Source of the DNA: Azolla caroliniana
Lineage: Eukaryota; Plantae; Polypodiophyta
Direction: 5' to 3'
DNA: 64,000 bases
NCBI GenBank assembly: GCA_043228905.1
Contig: JBHGNT010000004.1
Location: forward strand, 868,001-932,000
Of the stretch, positions 37,214 to 51,390 are shown in pieces. A model generated the notes under the pieces. The model did not search any database and was not told the origin of the DNA. It saw only the letters and a program-made list of their open reading frames with translations. The translations under genes were made by a program, and so were the position numbers. How positions within the stretch are numbered: position 1 is the stretch's first letter; the number at the start of each line of letters is the position of its first letter.

Positions 37214-37940
37214 GTATGTGTGCATGGACACTAAGCTCATTGGCATGCTGAGTTCCTTCACAAAGGACTCTCTCTATATATTTCGTTATCACAGACTTCG
37301 GTGCCTGAGAGAGGCCTATGTCATCCCATGTGTTGCTATGCCATCTTTCCAAGTTTTGTTCAAGAACTAAGGTTGACGCCTTGCACGATACAAGTGCATG
37401 ACAGTCAACAACTGTCCAAAATCAATACCATCCAACAAATCATTTGATCTAAATAACATAAAGCATATCAATTGAAATAAATGCACCCCCAATCCTAGAT
37501 GAGCAAGATCTGTTTCTCAACAATTATAGAGGAGAGAATAGAGAAATTGGGATGCCTAGTCTTTAATCCAATTTTACTATCCTTGCTTTTATTGTGACCT
37601 TTCAGGAATGATGTATAACTTTGATCAGATGTTGAGAGAGCTTATTAATAAGCAAGACTGGAGATGCACTTCTTAATATAGTCAGACTGATATAATATGA
37701 ACCAGCCCTAAACTTTGTGCACAAGCATGCTAGATAAAAGTCTCAATTGATATATTTACCTCAATGAACACCTTTACAGCATAGTTACATGTGAAGAGAA
37801 ATTGGTTTCCAGCTTAAAATCTTTAGACAGGCATAAAAGATATCCATTTCATTTCATTTCAGTCAAATTCATCCCATCCAAAAAGTATGCAGTGCTTTCT
37901 CATTATTTTTCCCTCACCTCATTATTTTTCCCTCACCGGA

Positions 37941-39063
37941 TCAAAGAGCCTCTCGCCACGATGATCTCTTCACACATCTATAGCCATGTTCAGATGAAGA
38001 GCTATCTGAGTTCACAATCCTCGCATTGCCAAATGACTCCTTACATATATCTTTAGCATACACTGAGCACTTCTCTTCTGCATCAGCTACGCAACGTTCC
38101 ATGTGTGCTTCCTCACATGCCTCCCTGTCCTCACTTCTACCACCTGACTTCTTGAGGAATGGAAATGCCATATGCCACCATGGGGATTTACACTCCTTCG
38201 TTGCACTTACAGAGCAACCGATTCTTGCACCTGCCTTCCGTATCAAAACGAAGAATAACATTAGGCTAAAGCAAGAAAGAAATATCAATGTAAAAGACAT
38301 CCAAAGTATCCATAAGTCATACAAAGTATGCCTAACACTATGGTATGGGTGTGGGAAATCAATGCAACTGGGGTAAACTCTATCGTGTTATCATGACAGC
38401 AGCTCATCGGTAATCCCAGTTTTTCAGACACAAGATCAAGATAAGAGCTTTGGCCGGTGTGCTGAGACTGAGAACAGAACAGCATGAAATTGATCTCAAC
38501 ATGTGAGAATGGTCATATCAAAAGGTGAAAGTGTTCACAACTAACGTTAATGTGCACCTGCTTGCATGCCAACAAGCCCAATCAATGTGCTATGTTCCGA
38601 TATCATTGAGAGCCTCCATGGAAAAATTTATTGCTCTTAATATGCAGATCCGTTCTCTTAATACGACATCTGCTTTCTCTGGACATGGGAAGAAATCCTA
38701 TTACCTCACATTCTCGAGCTACTTTGACCTCACAACCCTGCCAAGCACGTAACCACGCCTCTTCATCTTTGAATGCGAGAATGAAAGGCCCCTCGGAAGA
38801 AGGGTCGTCGTCTTGGTTTGCAGGAAGAGGTACTCTGAGGGGAGCAATGGCGGGCTCAAATGCCACAACTGTGGCTTCAGGAGGCAACTTCACATCTGTT
38901 TTCGTTCATGAAAACAGCAAAAAAAATGAAAAAGGAAGGTAGGAGCAGCAAAGGAAACCAAAAAACAAATTCGAAAAAAAAGGGGGAGTTAAGAAAAGAC
39001 CGACGCAGAAGGGCTGCAGAGGAGGAGGAGATAGGGTTTGTTACCTTGAAGAGGATCAGACAT
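37941..39063 (-). CDS. Small Cys-rich plant protein of unknown function, 3 exons, about 167 aa
   Basis: Exons 39063-39045 (MSDPLQ), 38895-38705 (DVKLPPEA...PLRVPLP...GPFILAFKDEEAWLRAWQGCEVKVARECE) and 38234-37941 (AGARIGCSVSATKECKSPWW...DREACEEAHMERCVADAEEKCSVYAKDICKESFGNARI). Junctions are GT-AG and phase-consistent. It resembles, from memory, a conserved uncharacterised plant family. Confidence 0.8.
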
Positions 39064-41523
39064 TTCTTCTGTTGAGAGGTGGGCGGGAATTCGGAAGGAA
39101 GAGAGATGTGTTGTGGAAGAAGAAGAAGAAGAAGAAGCAGAGCTATGGATCGATTGACAGATGTTCGAAACTCCATATCCAACTTCTGGTTCTTCTATTC
39201 AGATACATCTACGTAATATACTCGAATGCATTGGCAAACATTCTGTTCCCATACGAATGCGTATGTTATCGAAACATTCTTATGTTAACTTCCTTTAACT
39301 AAAACAATTTTTTACCTTATAATAAAAATCATGAATACAAAAGTATGGTATTTACCATACTTCGAGGGTGTTTACCACACTCGAATGATTGAAACATTCT
39401 CGAATGAGAATGAGAGTATGGTACGTATGGTTCATACTATGTATGTTTGTATGTATGTAGGAGGGGGGTAGAGTTCAGATGAACATTTACAAGGGACAAT
39501 TTTGAAGCTAGAGAGGCTTATGTATATATGTGTGTTGATATTTAGGGAAATACAAGCAAATCATTTTGATATTTTCTACATGCAGTAGGTATCTATGTAT
39601 ATTAACGCTTGTTTTCACATAAAACATCTTGGGTCATCATACAAATGATAGAACTCAATTTCATTAAAATTTGTTCAACATGCAATCACAACCATACCTT
39701 CAAACTTATTGGATAGTTCCTTATTCGCTACAAAAATCACTATCGATGACATGTAAGCCAAAGGTTTTACATAAGACATTTTGGAATTATCTTACAACTA
39801 CTGGTTAGGTGTTCATCCTAAATAACATCAGTATAGATGGACATAATTGAACCAGATTTTCATTGTGATCAAAGGTAAAACATTGCATTGAAGCTAATGC
39901 TCAAAACTAACAAACCTATTTAGGGAAAAATATGCATAACTAATGAGTCTCCTCACATCTGCCCCAAAGCCCCGTTTCACATCACAAAGAATGCAAGCTA
40001 AACCACATGAAAGTAATGACGACGGTGACAAGGAAGAAAATTGGCTCGAGCTATAGTATCTCCGTGGAGGTTAAGGTTAGTCATCTAAACATAATGATTT
40101 TTACAAATATAGGTAAATTCAAGTTCTCCATGTTGAAACAAAAATAAAAGGTCTAGGTTTCCTAAATATCGTGGAGTGTGACCTTAATGCATGAGGTGGC
40201 TTTTCAATTAGTAGTGATCCTTGACATGTTCAAGAGGCAGCTTTTCTTTTCGGGTTGGTCGTCGTGGATTGTTCTCTAACCTTCCACACACTGTTAAGGA
40301 ATGACCTAGTCATGTAATAGGGTCCCTTAAAGGAAATTATGTAGGTAGGTACTTGCAGCTCAAACTTTATATAGGATATAATGACTCTAGCTATACATAG
40401 GAAATGTCTTATATTTTGACACTAGAACACCAAGGATTGAGAGCAATTCTGATATCCTTTACATACCTAACCATATATATTCATGATAAATTGAAATGCA
40501 AGAGATGCATCAATGAAAGCTCAAATATAATATGGGAGAAATTGGTAAGCTATGCAACCACGACTAAATTTAATTAAAACCACTAACAATATGTATATCC
40601 TCTAATACACACTTAGCATATCATCCCCAGTAACAATGAGATAACCCACCAACCTTCTTGAATATATGCTACACACATTTGGGATACTATGGAATGCTGA
40701 AACATAATATTGCACAACCTGTTCCATTAGTATTCTAAAGATGTATACTACATGCAATACTATTTGTGAAGACTTCGATTTGTGTAAGACTGACTAACCT
40801 TAACCTGTACGAGTACACATTGAACGTTTTTTTTCCCCATGAATTTCATTTAGCTTTCAATCTTGTCTATTTGCATGCAATTTGCTTATAATACAAATGG
40901 AGGCCCCCATGCTATGTTTGACTGGCATGACAAGTGTCATCATCTGATTCATATCAGAGAAGGTCATCCACTTTGTAAACCATGAGCTGATATTTGTCTC
41001 CTCATATTCTTCTTTATCAAACATTGGGAAAGAATTTAAGCAGAGAAACCTCATGGCTGTGACAAAAACTTGATAACGCAAGGCATACAACAACGTTTCA
41101 ACCAATGACCGCAAACAACCATGATTGCAAGATTGCCAAAAAAAGATAACATGCATGGGTGTATCTTCGAGACGTGGGTTGTGCTAGTGACAAAATCAGA
41201 TGGAAGCATGTCCTCCTAATGTTAGCCATGGACATCCCTATCATCCAGGTAAGTTTCATGCTCTGCCATGGCAACCTTGAAATGTGATATTGATATATCA
41301 AAGAAATTGCAGGACAAGGAAAAACGCATGATTGTTAGCGAAACGGGATTATTTTGTAGTAAAGAACTAAACTCTCTTCCTATAGTTTCCCATACCTCTA
41401 GCCATAAAACATTGGTTCTAAACCACATGTTCCAAACTTGCCAGCTGCCAACCGAACACATTCGAATATGGGAACTACAAAATTGAGAATTGCAGAACTA
41501 CCCTTTTCACACATCTCTACTGA

Positions 41524-41643
41524 CTCATCTATGAAGCAACCAGACCTTGCTCTCCCTGCTTTTGTCGCAATGAATACTCTCTCATCTATGAAGCAACCAG
41601 AACTTGCTCTCCCTGCTTTTGTCGCAATGAGTACTCTCTCATC
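41524..41643. repeat. 57-bp tandem duplication
   Basis: CTCATCTATGAAGCAACCAGA.CTTGCTCTCCCTGCTTTTGTCGCAATGA.TACTCT occurs twice (41524, 41581), with 2 mismatches. Confidence 0.9.
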
Positions 41644-42507
41644 GCATTTTATAATAAAAAAGTAAAGAAAAGATCCAATCGATATTGATCATCAACTCCT
41701 GCCCATGAGAAGCTGATTAGAAAAAGAATCAATAAAAAGAAAACCTTAACATTGGACAATTCGTACACTGGACTTGTCTCATTGGTCATTATTTGCATAA
41801 TGTGTCCATGACTGGGAGTTGATTTTGTATCTGTTTAAAATATGAAAATCAAACCATTACTAACTCCCTAAATATCTGGATGGGTGCTTGTAGTTTACAG
41901 AAGTCTGCCAGTGTTAATAGATCAGTTCTGAACATTCCATTTCATAAGTGAGCATCAATAATAAGACTCACTTTGGCTCACGTAATCCCCATACTGATAT
42001 TCTAGGAAGCTCTCCATGCACACGTATATGGTGTGAGTTGGTGATATGGAACACAAGCTCTTAAGGTTGCTGTCAGACGGCTAGTTGCTGGCTCTCTAAT
42101 CGGTGGTGAGCAATTGGCTCTATGATTGGAGGCGAGTTTGATGCCGGTTTTAAGTATGTATACATCGTGTACATTTCAAATGTAAAGATCTCAGGGCATT
42201 AACTTGCATGCTTTGTACCGTTTCATAAATTGTTAACTAAACAAGACTAGCAAAGATTGAATCAAATGATTATATTAGCCACAAGAACTTTTTCATCAAA
42301 TCAAAACATCAAAAAGTACAGCATTATAATTTAACCATCAACACTCGCATATTAAATACCTTACTTTAGCATTCTTTCAGACATCAAAACATGTAAGCCA
42401 AGTAAACATATCCAGGATAAGATCATTGTGTAGAAAGTTTGGACGTAGAAAAACAAGAAGGAAAAAGTTTGCAGCTAATAGCACTCTTTTATGAACAAAG
42501 CCAGTCA

Positions 42508-45500
42508 TCAAACAGTTTTGCCCTCAAAGAGTTCAGCTAAAAGAATCTTTAGCTCCTCCACTGTGTATTTGATGTACTTTCTTTTAGGATACTTGGTTTT
42601 CTGCATTATTTCACTGTGTGAATAGAATATAGCAAAATTAAATCAGACTTCGTTTTCCTTGATCAAGCCACAGAAAAAGGATACAGAATGAGTTAAAAAC
42701 CTGAATCGTTTTAAGAATAAGGCATAGGCTGGCACTATACTCTCCATTACTGCATCTTGCAATGCCTTCCTTAAATCAGCATCAGGTATTATCCACCGTG
42801 TTTGACACTGGTGTACCTCCTTAACTATATGATTGAATGCTTTAAATCTGAAAACATAACACACTGGAATCTTTCACAATCAATGCAACACAACACCACA
42901 TTGAATTATTTGCATCTGCAAGCAGAATGAACGTATTATAACTAAATTGGAATATATCTCAATAAATCTAGTGTATTCCTTTTTTCAACAAAGAACACAT
43001 CACAAATTAAAGTCTTATCAAATAAAATTTTGTTATGATAAGTCACCTTCCCTTCAAGAGAGACCTCGATATTAAATTTCCAGTTTCATGACCACCATCA
43101 CTCAATAAGCCTTTTAAACTCAAGCATTGCAGAGCCTGTCTTATTGTGAAGTTATCAGCCTTAAACATCATGCCTAAAAATGTGGTTATTTATTTTAACT
43201 TATCATAAAACATTTTTGTACTAAATGCATCAGACACACCTTCTCCCAAGATGCATGCTGATAGCTGGTCCCATGGATTTGAAGTAATGATTGATGCTCT
43301 TGTAACCAATCTTCTCCCAATAAGAATTTGCCATAACACCTACACTCCAAGAAATGGTTTGAATTGCTTTCTAAAGAACCATAAATATTAAAAAGGTATA
43401 TATCACATAAAATGTACCTACCTTTGAACAGTGTAAATCATGCACTGGATATTGTTCATGAGAAAAATTTGTGCTAATGCAGAATCTCTATAGTTCTTTG
43501 ACTTGCCATAAAGAATACACAGTAGTGTGGTCAGAATTTGACTAAGAGATTTCCTCACTGTGATGGAGCTCTTATGTTTATTTGCATCCTTGCTTATGAT
43601 ATGTTCCAATATGTCATGATGACTGCAAACAGAAGCTCTTGTTTCACACAGTTATTACACAAACTTTCAAGAAAACTGCTCATGTGCATAATGAATTTTT
43701 AATATAAGGACTTACTCGCAAATAATTTTCACTTGATTAAGCACATGGATACTTAGAGGGTGAACAGTGCCATCTTGCATGCTGATCTTTGAAGAGGCAT
43801 CTCTTTCTATAGTCTCTTCAAATTTATTTAGGGTATCTGAAGCAGTCTCACCAAGTCTGAAAAGTGTATCCTTGAATCTGCGAAGCACTATTGCACCTTC
43901 ACTTGCTTGAAACATTGCATTTATCTACAGTTCAATTGGTCAGTACTAAAGAGCAAACTGAACACTAGATGTAACTATTTTCCTCTTTGGACACTCTACA
44001 TTTACTAAATAACCCTGAGGATTATGTATTATATCAAACATCTATCTGGTCTTTGAAGCATTTCAATTGGTGCACACTAGAATTTCAGGTTTCCCTTAAC
44101 CATGGATTTCCTCAACATAAGTGTTCAATACAACATACAGAATTATAGGGAAATGAAAATATTACATCCCACCTCAGAAAGCAAAAGATATCACGCATGC
44201 TTTCTTGTTATTGCTTTCACTAACGGGTTGAATCAGTCAAAGAAGTCTAGCACTGATGAAGAGAAATGTCTTTAGGAATATGTGTATTATTTATCTGCAT
44301 CCATATTCACACAAACATTGACAAACATATATACAATATTTTACAGGGATACAAAGTACAAAATAAGACAATCGACAAATGAAATCTATCTCATTACTCA
44401 AACCTATTAAACTACCAATCGTGATTCAGGATTTAGTGACTTTGTATTATCTAATTATCTAGATCCATGCAGAAATTTACTGCAAGAAAAACAGAACTTT
44501 CTTCATAAATCTATAAAACAAATAATTGTTTTGACAAGGTAAATGAATAATGGTACAAGAATAAGATAGAACTCAGGAAAGTATTTTTCTGAGAAATAAA
44601 AGACAACCAAAGTAATTTGATGACTTCATATTTAGTAGAACCTAAAATGTTGAATTCTAGTAATATCTACCCTCGCATACTATAGTTGTGTGTCTACAAA
44701 AGGAAATCCAGAAGATTACCTGAGGTAGAGTATCATGCATAGCCTTATACATGCTCAGGATTGGTAAGAGGTTATCAAAATGTTTCTTGCTGTCCATGAA
44801 TTTATCAGCAGAATTGAGGAGTGCAGCTATAATATTTTTGGTCGTGTCAACAAAACATTTCTCTTTATATTGACCAAGCTTATAAAATATCTTGTTACAT
44901 AATTTTCTTTCCCCTGACAAAAGAAAGTGAACCTGCAGTCTAATTTTTTAAGTCAGGCTATGAAGATTTACCATAAATTACATAACTCAGGGCGTCCAAT
45001 ATAGAACAAATGTTCACTTACATATACATGTAAATGCTTAGGCCACTCTCCAACCTTTGCTTCTATCCTTTCAAATGAAGTGCCTTGTCTATGTTTTGTC
45101 CCTATAATTTCAACACCAAGCTTCTGAAGCATGTCTTCTAGAATTGGCAAACGTATCTCCCTGCCAGGTACACACATTTCTCTCTTGCTCTCTTTTGTCC
45201 CACATCTCTCTTGGAGATTTCAATTTAACAAAAAGAAATTTGGCTAAAAAAATTTCATTGTTAGATTGTATATAGAGTCATACATTAGTTTTGCTCAATT
45301 AATTAGTCAGACAGTATTCTTATGTTATTTCATTTCTTCCAGGTACAATGAGAAAATACAAACTCACTCTTCATCTTCTTTTTACCATGTTTAAAAGATA
45401 TAACATCATTTATGATCTAATTTCTAACATGATTGTGAGAACCCTGATAATAGTATTCATCGACAAATAAAAAATCTAGTATAACATTAAACATCAGTAA

Positions 45501-45839
45501 GGCAACTATCATCATTGTCATTGTTTCACCAGAATAATAGGATGATTATGAGGACAATAGGAACAGGAATAATGGTCAGGACTGCATATGAATCATGATG
45601 AGTCGTTGGCATAGGTAGCTTGTAAGCCTCCTACAATATGGCATAGTTGATAGACTTTATTATATTCAACCTTTAAAGCATGTGATTCAATATATGGATT
45701 TTATTTGCAATTTTTTAGTAAATCTTTATCTCAGTTAAGGTGTACACAAGTCTGTGAACACTTGTAATAATCTAGAGAGTGTTTCATGGGTGGTTTAAGG
45801 AAAGATATGAATGATTGATGCTATGTTATGTAAAAACGA

Positions 45840-45877
<38 letters not shown>

Positions 45878-48800
45878 ACACATCTCATCCCATGTACATA
45901 AGCAGATGATCTCTAGTTCCCTACATTGACCAGTTGCTTAAGAATCAAAGCCACTCTAAATCTAATTTATGATTTTCCTGTATCTCTGATTGATTGCTTT
46001 GTTATAAGTACCTATATGCATTAAGGCAGTCTTGAGCATGACCAGCAGCAATCATTCGCCTTGCAATCTCATGGAGACAAAAGAGACAACCTGGTGAAAG
46101 AAGCACAGGGATTTCAATTTTCCAGTTCTCATGTGGGATTTCCAAATATCCTTCAAAGCCATCATCCACAGCCTTGCATGAGCCATCAGGATTAGTTCTG
46201 ACCATATTGTTTGACTGACTTGATATATTGTATAAAAGTTTGACAAGGTTTGCTGGTTCTATTATAGTGCTGCATATAAGTAAAAGATCATCTTGTCACA
46301 TTATTGTAACGTGGTTATATAATTCTTAAAACCATGGAAATTGCAGTTCTAACAGTGACATTATTGAGTTATCCAGGTGTTAGGTTGAAGGAACTTATGT
46401 TCTGCATGATCTCTAAAAGTTCTCTAGTTAGCTTCAAAAGACATACTTTTGGACCTGTTTATTGTAAGTGTGTATTTGAACAGTTTCTCTAGTTTTTGCA
46501 TAGCTTTACGTAATGAGGCCTCAGCATTGTGCAAAGTTTCCCGACTGCCCTTCAGCCAACTCTTGTTGTTGAAAAATATAATAGCTTTCTGTAACTCATC
46601 AACAGTTTTCATATAGCCATCAAAATCTGTCTGTGGGTCAACTGCAACTTTAAAGTGGACCTGCGGAGAACAACATGTCTCGAATTTCACGAGAAAATAA
46701 ATCTGAAGCTTATAATTTCATGAGCAGAGAAGATTGGGTTACCATCATTTTGAAAATGTAAATGGCTTATGAAGGACTCACTAGCAACTCAGCTTATAAA
46801 ATCTCAGATATGGTAAAGTATATCTAGATTGTAGGTTCTATTGTACCCATGATTTGAAAATACAATTAAATCACTGTAATTTTCTTATTCTTTTCAATGG
46901 CTACTTGAAAGTTTCCCATAAACCCAGGTTGCAGGCTAGAGTCATGTAAACATTGACCATATGAAACAACTACTTATAGAACATCACCTGTGGACAAATA
47001 AATATTGAGCACATAAAACAAAAGTTTGTAGAACAGAGAGGCCAAAATGAAAATTAAATGTGAATTATTGTTCAAAAGATTTGCTGCCAGAATTTTCGTA
47101 TTCTTTTCAATGGCTACTTGAAAGTTTCCCATAAACACAGAGTTGCAGTCTAGAGTCGAGTAAACATCGACCATATGAAACAACTACCTATAGAACATCA
47201 CCTCATAAAACAAAAGGTTGGAGAACACAGAAGCCAAAATTAAAATTAAATGTGAATCATTATTCAAACAATTTGCTGGCACAGTTTTCCTAGGACTGTG
47301 TATCTCATAGTGTAATTATTTTGAGGAAGTGAATATTTTTACTTTCTACAAAATTAACTTTGATGCATTGAATGTTCACATAATCTAATTACATTCGAAA
47401 TGCAAAAATATTTGTATCTTTCACTGAACTTTGTTGGCATTGTTCACAGCATTGTTCTGATCCTATCTTCTCATTATCACGGTGTCTTAACCCTTCATTA
47501 ATCATTTTCTAACTAATAGAAGAGCCTAAGAAGAATTGTGAAACTTAAGCATCAGTTCTTTACCTTACGGTAAAGATCAAAATGCTCCAGAATTGTTTCC
47601 AAAGCCTTCAAAGTGTTATTGATGTTCTGATGGGCTTTTCTAAATTTATAGGGATGAACCTGCATTACTAACAGAGTAAGCAATAAACCTACACTATTAA
47701 AGAACTCTAATGCTTCTTTATAGACTCTAGATAACAGTGAAATTAAAAAACTCTGATGAAAATGAACATGATTTATACCAAAAACCTCTGATCATTCAGA
47801 ATGTTTCTCACATCATTGCAAATGTGTTCTCTGTCAGAATCCTGTTTCAACAAATATGTGGTTTAGTCATGATTGCCTATTTATGCATAAATTCCAACTT
47901 TGGGTACTCTTAGATATTGAATCTCAATATCTACTTTTAGACGGTAACGCGTTATGTAACAATGTACACTGTAATGGTGGCTGGTAAATTGTTCTTTTTA
48001 AGCTTATGATCTTTTCTCATGCTATCGTTAAAATATCTTATACATCCCCAAGAACATTGAACAACATTTGTAAAGTCAGGAGATCAAGCCTATGAAAATG
48101 CACATTCACTTCCAACTAGTCACTATGCTACTGTCACCTGAAGTCAATATCAGGATCTAATAGATGCCATCCAAGCAAGGGCAATGCAAGTATAGAGATC
48201 TAATAGGCAGCATCCAAGCAAGGGCAATGCCAAAGTATAGATTTCATGGACTTTGCATCGTCACTTGACAAAAAGTGTATCCTTATCATGCAAGGAAGAT
48301 AGGAAAACGCCACCTTTCATAGGCTATACTCTACTGGGGACTGAAAGTTTTATTTACCCATAAACATTTCCTCAATTCACTACTTTCACTAGATGATTGT
48401 ATGGACTGCAGAGGGTAACACTTCGAGTCCCTGCTGGACAACCCTACCCAACTGAACTACATGTGTTTGGCCTCTGAGTTTCTCTCTCCCCCATCAACTC
48501 GTCTAGGAAGTCCATATGTCAATAACAACCTAGAAACTTTCATATATATATATACATGTAGACACTTAACTCAAATGGGGGAGTGCCCCCCCTTTTCATA
48601 TCATGTTTCCAACGATTGGCCTGTTTCCAATGTAGCACAAACCAGATATGTACAAAGACCATTCACAGCCCACATTAGTGCCAAACTTGATGAGGATCAT
48701 GCCACAATCCATCAACAATGAGGATTCCAAACACCGTCTTGTGGGCAAGAATGCAGCCTTTGTTGCCGGTGTTGTGCTACCAAGTACCCATGTAATGTTA

Positions 48801-49176
48801 GTGCTCTTAGTTGGTATACTATATATTATAGTTGAGAATTTGGTGTAATGTTTGTGCCAGATATACTATAGCATGCATGTCCATTAACTTGCGCGCAGAC
48901 TGACATGTTAGGTGTGCTGTGCTCTTAGTTGGTAACGGAGTCGAGACCTTGGTGGCATTAAGTTCAAATTCCTGAACCAAATAGGCCAAACACCCTTCCC
49001 CTCTCTCTTTCTCTCTCCATCTCTGTATACGTGATCCATACCTGGGCCGAAGAAGTGCAGATTGGAAGCGAGGGTTGCGTGTGCGCACGGATGGTGCTGG
49101 AGCCGGCAAGTCGCAGGCTGTCCCTGAGGGAGCGTGCACGTTCTTCCAGATCACATAAGATGGTGGTGCCCGCCAT
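42508..49176 (-). CDS. EXO70: Exocyst subunit Exo70, Exo70A-type intron-rich gene, 12 exons, about 632 aa, divergent
   Basis: Exons 49176-49042, 47659-47564, 46660-46455, 46269-46012, 45160-45022, 44932-44720, 43924-43716, 43622-43422, 43339-43240, 43135-43047, 42847-42701, 42613-42508, all GT-AG, summing to 1899 nt. Motifs RKAHQNINNTLK, LHEIARRMIAAGH, DGTVHPLS, GKSKNYRDSALAQIFLMNNI, LLGEDWL, RFKAFN...QTRWIIPDADLR, KYIKYTVEEL...ELFEGK. Confidence 0.93.
46888..47290. repeat. Intronic tandem duplication (about 213-bp period) in Exo70 intron 2
   Basis: TTCTTTTCAATGGCTACTTGAAAGTTTCCCATAAAC...CCATATGAAACAACTAC...AAAATTAAATGTGAAT at about 46888 and 47101. Confidence 0.8.
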
Positions 49177-49357
49177 CTCCAGCCTCCCCTACCCCTGCAG
49201 GAGCTGCTCTCGGTACCTCCATCCTCTGCCTGCTATGATGGGCATACATGGCATGGAATGGCCAAAGCAAAGGCCAAGAAACGAAGGATGGCACTCTGCA
49301 ACACCACACTCTCTGTCCGTGGCAGCCAAAGCAGGTGGCAACGCCCAGCCTTGCCTC

Positions 49358-51390
49358 TAGGAGTCGGCCACGGCTCGGCTCAAGCCTGAGCCGAACCACT
49401 AAACCGTTTTTAATGGTTTTGCGTTTTGTCGGCTCAGCTCGGGGGGGGGGGGGGGGGGGGGGGGTTAGTGCTCCCTACTAGGCTTCATCCTTATCGTCGC
49501 AGTTCTCAATACTGTGATGAAAAAGAAACATCTCGATTGCTCAAGGTAATTCATTCTATGCGGCTCTAACATATCTACATCTTTGGGTATTCGCCGACAC
49601 GAATACGGAATACTTTCGAGCCTCGTAAAATCCACACCTCGTAGGGCTCGTTTTGTTTGCCTCGCGAATTGCATACAAGTTTTACGTGATATAGTAGCAC
49701 ATAAATGAAAATATTTATTATCTTTCTCAAAGGTAATATGAGAATATGGGCTTAGTATGCAAATGAACCCGGATTCCCAAAGACATGTTTCTTATTGGAT
49801 GAAAGACAACTCGAGAACATATAAGTAAACTGAATTGATTGTATCATCCCAAATAAATAGATTGGAATTGCATCATTCCAAACCATGGTTGGTTACATTG
49901 GGCAATGATTTTGTGTTATATACAAATATCATTTAATATGACACGGTGCAAAAAAATAAAACAAGGCAAGGGAGTTGCCTGTTGAGGATTGCATATTATT
50001 GTCATGTTTACTTGGGGCTGATTTTGCATGTTGTTGCAAATGCTTTGAAAACATATAGTTGGTGCGGACAAGCACATATTACTCTTCTTCGTCTAGTATG
50101 CAAACTATACAATACTTCTCTTGTAACAAACTATCCACTATCTACACTTACGATCTCCTTCTTGTTGATTCAACAATTTTGATCTACAATAATCTTTACC
50201 CTTTTGTGATATTATGTGGGAAGGATCTTTGACTTTTCAAGAAGGACCATCATAGGTTTGTGGCCTTAACAATTAGCTTGGATTGTTTGAAGCTAAAAAT
50301 TTCTTCATTAAAAGTGAAAGTTGCATCTATGGAGGGAACACAACAACTTGTTTACCTATTTCATTCTAGTTATCAATACATTTTACCTTAGAGGGTCAAG
50401 TAGATTTATTTGTTGGTTTGCAACTTTCTATGGCATTGGTAAAGGTTTGCACATGCGAGTGGATTTAAAACTTCTTTCATTTGTCAATATTATATTGCTA
50501 AGTGTGTTCTTACTTAACTATTCTAGGGGCTACATTGTTGTCGGTTCAGTGCAAAGGGTTCAAATAGGGGCAATTAATGACGATTCTATTTGGCTGATAT
50601 GGTTAGGAAGTTTCATATTCAAACCGTTATAAATACTAGAAACTTAAACCAAGCTTTGAAATTATTTACGAGATCCTCAAACCAAAAAGATTTAAAACAA
50701 TAACGTTTTAATCATGAATTGTTTAGCAATAAATTGCATAAAGAATAATTTTGAAAAACATAAAGTTAAAATATATGAAAACAAAGTTTTAACGGTCATA
50801 TAACATGAAAAATAATACATCATAGTTTCATAAAATTAGTAAACCACAATGTTCACAAAAGGTAATAAACTATGAGTAATTTTTATTTTGAAGTTGCTTT
50901 ACTAAACATACCATCCTCTACATGATTATCCAGAATAATATATTCCATGTTTATATTTAAGTCATAGAATGCTTCATTGAAGTTTGCACGTGGTGAAAGG
51001 TTGCCCTCATCAAGGATAACTATATAATATATAATAACCATTTATGGCTTGGAAATGCATAAGTGCAATCAAAATTGTGTAATGAAAACGCGTTAAACCA
51101 CAATCGCAATGTGTTTATATTGGTCTTTGCTCGAGAAAATTCCATAAAGTGTTTGAAGTTTGAAATGAAAGATGTTGACTTGAACTAATTTTGAGTCAGG
51201 AAAAAAGTTATGACTTAAATATTTAAGAACCGATCATTACGAAAATAAATAAGAACGAACATTAATGATTGTCAAATAACCTTATAAGCCATTTTTTAAC
51301 TCTATGTCATGGTTTAGCAACCGTAAAGGCATTACACTTTCAAACCAGGCTATTAACCAGACCAAACCCAAACAAAACCGTGCCCATCTA
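49358..51390. mobile_element. Possible old non-autonomous hAT-like element upstream of Exo70
   Basis: The ends TAGGAGTCGGCCACGGCTCGGCTC and ...AAAACCGTGCCCATCTA are weakly inverted. Subterminal AAACCG/GGTT motifs. No target-site duplication recognisable. Confidence 0.3.

Noticed and set aside
41240-41258. Minus-strand ACTTACCTGG, identical to the U1 snRNA 5' end
   Set aside because: No U1 stem-loops or Sm site follow. It is simply the complement of a CAG|GTAAGT donor consensus.
48415-48462. A-box-like GTAGTTCAGTTGG on the minus strand in Exo70 intron 1 (tRNA or SINE?)
   Set aside because: No correct B-box or cloverleaf, so insufficient support.
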